A DNA stretch of 64,000 bases from Podarcis pityusensis. Taxonomy: Eukaryota. Location of the stretch: the NCBI GenBank assembly GCA_964106645.2, contig OZ067039.1, one strand, 5' to 3'. Numbering within the stretch: the first letter of the stretch is position 1; the number at the start of each line of letters is the position of its first letter. Shown here in pieces: positions 51,801 through 61,370 of this stretch. The translations under genes and the position numbers were made by a program. The notes beneath the pieces were generated by a model, which saw only the letters and a program-made list of their open reading frames with translations, did no database searches and had not been told where the DNA came from.

Positions 51801-52513
51801 TCCAAATCAAGGTGCTTAGCATCAAGGCACAACTGTCTAGAATCCATGTACTAACATTTAATGGGGCTGTGAATCATGGTCTGTGTCTGTCTGCCTAGTG
51901 CTAAGACTTTTATTTATTTATTTTTAAAATCTCTGTTGGGTCTGCAAGCTCTCAAGCAACTACCACAACTATAAACATTTTTTCTCTGTAGCATTAAATC
52001 ATATATGTTTATGACACAGCACCAGCAACTAGCAATATCAATAAATATAGAGCTTTCTCAAAATATGATGTATATTTAAAATAATTTCATGTTATTTCTG
52101 TTCACGTATAAATATGATTGACACCCTATTTATTTGAACGCCCGCCCTGTGCTATATCTCTCCTAGGCACAGGGTGGTTGACAGTAGTCAGTTACCTAGG
52201 GAATCCATGGATGCAAACAAGATTCTAGACAGAAATTTTCAGTCTTTATAAAAAATATAAATATAAACCAGTAGGGCTTAACGCTGGATCATATCCCCAC
52301 TATTTATTTCCCTGTTGCTAATCAAGTTCTGTTCTTGCAAATTTCATACTTCCTCCCTCACTGCTGTTTTCCCATTAGCACAAACAGGAAAATAAGTTTC
52401 CAAACTCAAGCAGAGAGGATTTTGCACTCTGTTTCAGCTTGATTAGACAAGGAATCCATCTGACTTTAGGGAGTGATGGCCTTAAGGAAAGCAAAATCTT
52501 CATAAAGCTTTTC

Positions 52514-52519
52514 TTTATT
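52514..52519 (-). terminator. Candidate distal poly(A) signal for HAND1
   Basis: Minus-strand AATAAA at the end of an AU-rich, UTR-like block (52520-52770). An alternative AATAAA lies at 52740-52745 and a cluster at 53350-53475. Confidence 0.4.
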
Positions 52520-53369
52520 ATTAATATTATTATTATTATTCTTTAAATCCGCATAAATATTTGGCAAGGCAAACCTGTTCTCTTCGCAAGTGGTCATACA
52601 GATTTGAGGTAGAAAACCCGGTACAGGAAATGTATAAAATGCATCCATTTAGGTAGTTTAAATACATCCAAACAAAAATATGAAATGGAATCAACGATGT
52701 TGGGAGAGGAGAGACATGGTCGGAGGGGGAGACCTTGTGTTTATTTACATCGAAACAAATAGCGACACTAGGCACAACACGCAAGCCTGCCACAGAGAAG
52801 CATCCTCACGAATCACTGGTTTCAACGCGGGGGGTCACCATGTGCTGAACTTTCTCCAGCGAAACCAGGCGACCTCTTAAATGGTGCTTAATTGTAGCTG
52901 GATCATGCCCAGTATTCCCCTCCCCCACAAGTGCAGGAGGAACCAATCCCCCAAACTTGGGGGGTGCAGGGAATGAGTGAAGTGGTGGTGGGAGGAAGGT
53001 ATGGAAAGCTCATGCACGTCTGTAGGGGAGAGTGTCTCTAGAGTGCATGGCCAATTCCCCCATACACCACGGGCAATATTGGGACCCAGGCCAGGCAGGC
53101 GACAGTGCATTTACAACAGGAGGAGCCGATTGGGGGTCTCCTTCTTTCACTTTGCATCTTTCTTTCTGAACTGGATTCTCTTTTAACTGGGGAGAAGAGG
53201 GGATGAAAGCAGAGGAAATGTAAACCTAGGGCACAGAGACAGAAGAAAGCAGCCGGGTTACAGCCAAAGCGAGCCTCCTTCCATTTCTGCAACCTGGACC
53301 TGAAAGTTTTGGCTCTGCTTAGAATTGCAGGCTGTGATCTTTAATGTCGTTTATTGACTCAGGTGGTTT

Positions 53370-53464
53370 CATGGGCATAGCAAGGATTGGGGGGGGCAGG
53401 CCTTTTGTATTTTTATTGATTTTTATTGATAGAGGGGCAGCTACCCCTCCCCGCAACACCCACA
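53370..53464. mobile_element. Second, shorter copy of the CATGGGC-TIR MITE
   Basis: catgggcatagcaaggatt...gcaacacccaca flanked by perfect 8-bp TSD GGTGGTTT at 53362-53369 and 53465-53472. Confidence 0.7.
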
Positions 53465-54680
53465 GGTGGTTTATTGAAGGAGCTTCATGGACTCCGATGG
53501 GGAGGGCGGGTGGCGGTTTTGGAACAAGCCCCTTGAGGACCGCATAGCTGGCCTCACTGAAATCCGAGGGATGGGTCCAGCCCAAGCCAAGAGTTTGGAA
53601 ATCCAATTTGGCGGGGTCTTAAGGTGGGCTGGATCGTGTCCAAAGGTGGGATTCAACTCCTCCAGCTCTTATCTGCATCCTTCCATCCTTGTCAGGAAGT
53701 AATCCCATTCCTAGCTGTGGGATTTACTCCCGAGCAAATCCGTTTATGTGCTCAGGTTTCCGGCTACAGCCCTGCTAGGGCGCTAGGGTGGGGGATCCTA
53801 TAGATTTTGAAAAGGAAGCAAAGGCTCCGATCCGCACGCTGGCATGCAGAAAGAAAGTTGTTGCCTCAGGAGTGGCCTGGCGTTAATAGAGTGGTGTACT
53901 TCGAAGCAGCTCTCCTCCTGTTCGATGGGATCCTCACGAAGAACAGGATGTTTCGGCTGCAGCCTAAATTGTGATGAAATCGGATTATCAACCTCTCTTC
54001 TCCTCCTCCCCCCTCCCCCCCCCTTCAGCAATGGCTTGACAGCAAATGGAAATCACTCTCAAGTCAGGATCGGCTGGCGGGCCTTCCACCTTCTTTTGTG
54101 CAACACAGATCCCTTTCAGGTCCGCACACAATCCCGCGTGATATAGCTATATATATATATACATCTACATCTGTGGCACCCTGGTTCCATGAGACATTCA
54201 AAAGCGACATTAGACGACGCGATATCCCGCGCGGGTTTCCGGCAAGGCTTCTTCCTGCCTGACTTCCGACGGCGCAGACGGTCCATCGTTTGACGTCCAG
54301 GTCCTCGCCGGGCTTTCAAGCCAGCGAGTTACTGGCTTCAGGGAAGGGGGAGTTTTCCGTTCTCAGGCGTTTCGGGGGCCCCTCTCTGCAGCCTCCACAT
54401 TGCACATGATCCTCGTCCTCACTGAGGCGGCCGCCGGCTCCCCGCTCCAAGGCTGCGAAGGGGAGGGCGGATCAGCAGACGGAAACAAGCAAAAAAGCGG
54501 GTCGCGGACGATTTCTCTCTCTCTCTCTCTCTCCTTCTGAGTGTTGGGGGTTTGGGGTGCGCGAGGGATGGGGCAGAGACCAACCAGGGAGAACAGGGTC
54601 CCCCATCCTGGGCGCGCGCGCAGTCCTCCTCCCAGCCACCTCGGTGGAGCCGGTTCTCTGGAAACGGTTCCTGGTTTCAT

Positions 54681-54782
54681 TCATTGATTCAGTTCCAGCG
54701 CCCAGACCTGCTGAGGCCAGCCAGTCCTGCCCTTAAGCCGTTTTTCTCCGTGGCCTAAAGCGTGAGAATAGCCCTCGGTCTG
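54681..54782 (-). CDS. HAND1: HAND1 coding exon 2 to stop
   Basis: Minus-strand polypyrimidine tract and ttgcag| acceptor. Encodes [33 protein letters not shown], the HAND C-terminal motif with the HAND1-type [11 protein letters not shown]. Total 245 aa. Not in the ORF track. Confidence 0.95.
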   Translation of the reverse strand, partial: QTEGYSHALGHGEKRLKGRTGWPQQVWALELNQ

Positions 54783-55194
54783 CTGCAAGGGGGAGAGGGG
54801 AGGGGAGGAAAGAGGAAAAAACAAAAACCAGGAGGGAATGAATCTCCATTACGCATTAATCATCATCATCACCAGAAGAAAAGAAAGCAGGGAAATGTAG
54901 AGGGGAGCCATCCTAAGCGTGTTACTCTTGAGAAAGTACGCTTTAGGAGGGCGCCAGGACTGCCTTCCCTAGGTCCTCGTGTGCTCAAGGGCGGCTCTGT
55001 CACTAATAAGTGGATCCTACCACTAATCCTATCGATTGTCCTAAAAGGCCCAACGCAGCCCCTGCGAAGCGCGCTTAACAGTCCTCGCAGGCGATGCAAG
55101 CGGCGCCAGCTCCTGCCTTTGCAACGAAAATCGACGGAGGGGCTTGCAAAGCGCTTGGTCTTGGTGGGATCGTGCCTAAGGCAGAGAAGAGAGC

Positions 55195-55229
55195 CAGGCA
55201 AGGAAAGGCAGGAAGGCAGGAAGGCAGGA

Positions 55230-55261
<32 letters not shown>

Positions 55262-55295
55262 AGGAAGGAAGGAAGGAAGGAAGGAAGGAAGGAAG
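55195..55295. repeat. Compound (GGCA)n/(GGAA)n microsatellite in the HAND1 intron
   Basis: Directly visible. Confidence 0.9.
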
Positions 55296-58200
55296 GCGTT
55301 TGCATGGCGAGCCCTTCTGCCGTCCACGAGGCCACTGTTTGTAAATTTCGCCCGGAAGGCTGTAAAGAAGACCCCGGAGTTGTTCATCTGTTTATGAGTA
55401 TTAGATAATCAGGCGGAAGGCCATAAATTTCAGTCTCTATTTGCAGCCCTTTTATAAATATAGGAGGCTACGTTTTGGTAAATACGTCGGAGCCCTCTAC
55501 TAAATTACGCCGGTTATGAGTCTTTTAATTGCCGAGGCCGCTCCGCGAAAAAAACTCCGGGCAACGGGACCGAATAAATAAATCGCGGGGTTTATACAGC
55601 CTCTTGAATAGTATAAACTTTGCAGATGCTAATTTATTTACCCTTGCAACTCGGTCATTTAGTTATTATTTATTTTCAAATCCGGCTCCTCCTCTATCTC
55701 CCCTCAACGAGAGTGAACGCAAAGGAATAAAGATGGATGAATGAATTCCTTTTTCCTTTTCCTTTTTTTTTTTTAATTCACTGATTAAGCGCCTTCTTTT
55801 AACTGTGGAGAGGGGAATCGACACCGGGAGGAAATTGAGATTGAGAATTATATTGCAATACAAATTTTGAATAATGATGATTATGATGATGATAATGGCA
55901 GCTGTTATCGAATTCGATTAATGTTTCTATGGCCTGATACTTTTCTGTATTGAAACAGTATCGAAAACTGATCGGCCAAACGCCTTCATTGAGAGAGGGA
56001 GAAGAAGCGCAGAGCCTCTTTAAAAGCAGGAGCAGTACGTCTCACGGTCAATTTCCCCCCTCCTCCATTTTTACACTTCCAGAAAAGGGTGGGTTGAAAT
56101 GGCCTGAATGTATTTATATTGAAGAGCAAGAGAGAAATCTATTAGCATTCAAAATAAATAAATGGAAGCCTCAGGACAGCCGAACCAGCTTCGCTCCAGT
56201 TCAGTTTCAGAGGGTTTCTTTTTTGGAGGGGGTGTCGAGATTTGGGTGGATTGTATTCTGCTGGCAGCAGGAACGTGTGGTCTGCCGAACAGCCCCACTC
56301 CCCAGCCCTTACTGGTCTATTTTATTGGGGAGAAGCTTCCATTAAAAGAAATGGGGGGGGGGGGGGGAGACCACTACAGTACTGTTGAGGAAACTCTTCC
56401 AGGGCGTATTTTGGAGCGGTCCCAATTCACCTCGTGTGCATATTTATTCCTTGTGCCTTGGTTTTCCGCGGAGAAGTTTTTTTGTTTTTTTGTTTTTTTT
56501 GCGGGAAGCAACTGCAGCCAAAAGCGGCGAAGATACGGGATTATTATTCCCCCCCGCCGCCTTCCTTCCAGATTGTGTACAATTCTCTCTGCTCGCCCTA
56601 CCCCACCCCAAAACCCACATCCAAATGACCTTAACAGTTCTAAACAGTTCTGGCAATTCGATGGCGCATTTTTAAATCCCGCCAGAAAGGGGAACAGGAG
56701 ATGAGGAAATGAAGTCGAGAGTTGCCACGGCGCTTTTCATCGCTCCTAGAGGATTTTGAAACAATCTCTTGCGTTATGCCGCCTTCTTGAGCCCCAGAAC
56801 AAAAAACCTATGCAAACTAGCGAAAGAGGCGCCAAGAAAAGGACCGGTATCAACGGAAATTCCCTAGAGAGGACTGGGCCAAGAGAGCTACATGCCATTT
56901 TAAAAGGGATGTGGGGTGTTTAAGTAGCGGCGCAATATTTGACAGGCTTCCCTGCATCTTCCCTATCTTTCCAGGGGTGTGGGAAATATTCCCCCACCAG
57001 GTTTTTTAAAAAACTATTTGTTACAGTCCGATCTTCCAAAAAGGATGCGGTTCCTGGCCTGGGAGAATAAAAAGAAAAGTTGGCCATTTCATTTCGGCCG
57101 CCCTTTCCAAAAGTATTGGGACTGTTCTACCGCCAGATCCTACGCGTGTCTACTCAGAAGCAAGCGCCGCTGAGTTCAATTGGACTTCCATTGAAGCTTG
57201 CATAGAATTTGCAGCTGTCTTCGATGGCCAAATTGCGGAGTGAAGAGAAGGCGCTTTGAGCCGCTGACTACTGAACGCACTTTTACTCAGAGTACACCCA
57301 TTGAAACTAATTGGCTTCAGTTAGTTATGACCATCAATTTCAGTGAGTCTGCTCTGAGTAAACGTTAGTCGCCGGCAACCCTGGGTAACGTCTTAGGAGG
57401 AGAGCGCCGCTTTTGCAATCAGGAAGAAGCTCCTGCGACCCCACAACCAGCCCGCAAATAACGTTGGGTTGCCTCGATGTCTTTACGCAGTTGCTTAACA
57501 CTAGGGCAGCGAATAGAAATCAAAAGGATAACTTGTGGATCAAAACAAGCGGGGCCTGTTGCACCTCCTGTCCAAGATGCCTGCCTGCCTGCCTGCCTGC
57601 CAGCCAGCCATGCCATGCCCGTTCATAGGGCATGCCATTTCCCTCCCGCTTCTGCCTCAACAGTCTGCTGAGGACTTTCCCTCCCTATTTGCCCCTTGAA
57701 AATGCTACTACTTCTGAAAACCTTCCTATGGTGTAATGCTGCCAGCGCAGAAAGCAGACTGCTAGCAGAAGCCTTGTGTTGAATCTTGCAGAAAATCCAG
57801 TTCAAATGAGTAATTTGCACTTGCAGGATACACATTGTGCAACCACTGTCACCATTATTATACTCTTGTGAGAGGCAACACTAGTGTGTCAGTGCTTGTC
57901 TGCTGTTGCTTGCGCAACAATGTAACTCTTTTGTGCGCGGATGGCGTTGTTTCAGATGCGTTCACGCCGGAAGAACAAAATTGATATTCTAGAAGAACAT
58001 TCCTCGGACAGCACAATAGACGAGTCACTTCTAACTTTCCAGAAAACGCAGTTCCAAACACTTTTCTCGCAGCGAGGCATGTTTATAAACAAACCTGGAC
58101 CCGGGGTTCATCTGACCTAAAAGAAGGAAGATGGCTGCGGGCGATCTCACCGCTTTAACTCGCGGTCAGAACCTTCGCCATTCTTTTCCTTCTAGGTCTG

Positions 58201-59384
58201 CTTCCTTTAACCATAGTAATTAATATATATTATTTCGGGGTGTAAAGAAAGGCGGCGCAACACGACATTTGGATGGCTCGTTCATCCAAGGTCGGATTCC
58301 GATTCTCCCTCCGGCAAAGAACGTTCCGTGCAAGGGAGTAGTTCTCGTCAAGGAAGGGCACGTCTTGCAGAATGCAGAACTGGCGACAACACTTGCAAGA
58401 AATGACCGCCCTCCCTCAGCTCAGCCTGGCTCTGTCCTCCACCGTCTCACATCCACGCTAAAGGGAAATCAAACGAAGAGAACGAATGACTGCCGTGCAG
58501 CGCCAGCCCACGCTTGTCTACTCAGAAGTATGTACAAGTGCACGCTTCCAAAGACGCGTGAAGGATGGATGGAGGCCTAAGGCTGCCATCCTAAATCACG
58601 CGATGTCGGGGATTGCGCGACAGGGGCCGAGGGCAGATCGTTAGCAAAGCCGAAAGGCTTGGCCTAGGCCAGAGTCAAGTTTAAAAAGGGCGCTTGGAGG
58701 GCGGACGCAGGGAACATTTGTTACGGACGGTTACTTATTAGACATGACCATAGCTCAGGGATCCCTAGGAGCAATTCCCCCGTGGTCTTGAAACAGGGGA
58801 GCGAGCGATTCCCCTTCCCCTGCCTAGAGTGCTGATCTGTTAACGGATGAAGATCGGAAGGCATGCAATGCAGTGAAATAATCGACCTTCTTTCCCCGAG
58901 AGATTGAGATCTCCACGGCAGTTGGCACACTAGGAAGCGGGTCGGAGAGAGGCTCCATAGTCCCACATTACTTCTCCTGAAATATTGCCTGCCGCAATGT
59001 CCCATTCCGCTTTCATTCCTTACTAAAACGTCATGCAATGCATTCCATGCAACAGAGTTCGCGCGCAAAGCATCAGTTGGGGGGGGGCGCAAATCCACCG
59101 ACCCAGGTCTCCAACTTGGACTGCCGAACGCTTTTGCCCACACAGTCTTTATGGCCCTGATTCAGACACGACCAGCAGGATGAGTCCACCAAGGGATGCG
59201 GTGGGTATGGGAAGCTTTGTTTTGTGGGACAAAAGGCTTCAGATTGAGTGGGTATCAAACCCGCAGCCCTCCTTTGAAGGCTGGTTGCTTAGTCTAGAAG
59301 AAACCCCCACCCCACACACCAGTGCAGAAGGGCTCGCTTAGATCCAAAGGCCAGAGGCCTAGGCTTTCCTTGGCACGCCTCTAG

Positions 59385-59535
59385 ATCCCAGTCGCTGGGG
59401 AGCCAGAGCAAGAATGAGCTGTTTTGCTCTCCTGCTCGGCTTGAGGAAGCTTTCCAGGGGCATCTGGTGAGAAACAGGGATGCTGGACAAGAGAGGCCTT
59501 GGGTCTGATCCGGCAGGGCTCTTCTTGCGTTCTTC
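59385..59535 (+). mobile_element. CR1-type 3' fragment in the HAND1 intron
   Basis: gggatgctggacaagagaggccttgggtctgatccggcagggctcttcttgcgttctt. Confidence 0.6.
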
Positions 59536-60524
59536 TGATTTAATAATTGAGGTTTAAGTACCCAGGCCACCAAATCTCATCTCTAATCTTTACATCTCCC
59601 AAACCCACCGCACAGCAAATGCAGCTTTTCCCAGCTTGCCACCCTAATATCCACTCCACTCTACTTAAAGGAGGACCCTTTCCCTCCTTACCCTAGTCAC
59701 TTGGACTTCCGCAGACGTCAGTGGGCTTGATATCCAACAAAATACTGGACCATCTTTAAAACACACATAGAAAAAGCAAGCTCATTTCACTCTTGCGCCA
59801 GGCGGGAATCATTTTTAAAAACCAAGCAGAGATTTGCCAATGATTCCGAGGGGCTCTATAGCCTGCCAGCCTAATTCTACCCACAGGAGAGGTGGGGCTC
59901 CTTCCATACCCCTCTGCTATGTTGCTATGTCCAGGCCTTTGCTCTAGGTACCCCCACCGAGGAAATCAGCCTCAGAGAAAAACAGATGCTTGTTTGGGAT
60001 AGCTATTCTTTAAGTGGAGCACCATTACCTCACATGAGCCTCTTACCTGAAGTTTAATGTGGGACAGGCCCGGAGACGAAGACCTGGAATTGGGGAAGGG
60101 GCGCGTGTTCTGGGGCAGAGAGGTCCACTCTCCGGAAGCGGAAGCCCATGGGAGCGGGATCAGGCTCGCTCAGGTGGTCAGACCTGGCCGAGAAGACAAT
60201 CTCCAATGTGCTTTTTCCTCCCCTCCGCTATGGGACGGCTGAGCTCCAGGGTGAAGGGGCAGGGGTTGCAATTCCCTGGAACTGAGCAGAGTCTCTTCCC
60301 CACCGCTAGCCCCCGCGCCTCTAAGTTTCGGCCACGGCTACGCTCCGTGCAGCTGCCCTAAAGCCTGTGCAGAAACAAAGGTATTGTTTCCACCCCTTAT
60401 ATAGGGAGCCGCCACTCATCCCGCTAAGTCTGGAACCAGGAGACTCACTTTTCTGCCCCGCTCCTCCCGTTCGAGGGGAGGGCGCCTCTGAGCGCGCGCA
60501 GAGCGCCTTCGCGCGGGCCCTTAC

Positions 60525-61160
60525 CGGCTGCTCGCGCTTCCTCTTGGCGTCGCCGCGGGGCTCGGCCTTCTTGAGCTCGGCCTTGAAGCCCTCGGCGGCC
60601 GGCCCGTCCTTGGCCAGCACCTCCATGAGGTAGGCGATGTAGCTGGTGGCCAGGCGCAGCGTCTTGATCTTGGAGAGCTTGGTGTCGGCCGGCACGTTGG
60701 GGATGCACTCGCGCAGCTCGGCGAAGGCGCTGTTCAGGCTCTCGGTGCGGCGGCGCTCCTTGCGAGGCGCTCCGGGCGCCGACGACGAAGACGCACCCCG
60801 ACGGCGCGCCGCGCTCAGCCGCCCGCCCAGCTCCGACGGGCTGCCGCCGTACGACGAGGCGGGCGAAGCCGACGAGCCCAGCCCGGCGGCCGCTGCAGCC
60901 GCTGCCGCAGCTGCCGCGCACACCAACTCGGGAGGAGGCGGAGGCGGCGGGGAGAGGTCGGAGGCTGCGCTGAGCAACCAGCCCTGCGCGAAGGGCCGCT
61001 CGGCCGGCGGGAAACATCGGCCGGGGGCCGGCGGAGGCGGCGGCGCGGGCGGCCCGAAGAGGAACGGCTCGTGGTGCGGGTGGTGGGGGTGGAGCAGCGC
61101 GCCGTGGTGCGGGTGGTGGTGGGGATGGGGGTGGCCCTGGTAGCCCCCCACCACGTTCAT
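60525..61160 (-). CDS. HAND1: HAND1 (bHLH) coding exon 1
   Basis: Start context GCCGCCGCCATG. His-rich N-terminus and b[52 protein letters not shown]. Donor CCG|gtaagg at 60524. 212 codons. Confidence 0.96.
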
Positions 61161-61299
61161 GGCGGCGGCGGCGCCCCCGAGTCTCCGGCGCTACGAAGAA
61201 GCCATGGGAGGCTCGGCCCCGAGGGGCGCCCACGCTGCGGGCGCGCCGTCCAAGTTGCGTGGTCCAGCGGCGCGCTCCCTCTCTGCCGCGCTCGCCTCA

Positions 61300-61370
61300 G
61301 CCCTCCTGCTCTGCAGCCAGCAACTCGGCCGGCCTTTATGCAGCGGTGGGCTCTTTGATGTCACGCTGCG
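61300..61370 (-). promoter_or_regulatory. HAND1 core promoter
   Basis: On the minus strand, TGACATCAAAG (overlapping CRE-like and TCF/LEF motifs, 61353-61363) followed by TATA-like CATAAAGG (61333-61340), about 180 bp upstream of the ATG. Confidence 0.6.

Noticed and set aside
54762-55408. 100-211-aa ORFs with GRKE/PSFL/PACL repeats
   Set aside because: Translations of the GGAA/GGCA microsatellite.
60321-60524. ORF-track extension of HAND1 to 279 aa
   Set aside because: Read-through past a consensus GTAAG donor at 60524. The true C-terminus is exon 2 at 54681-54782.
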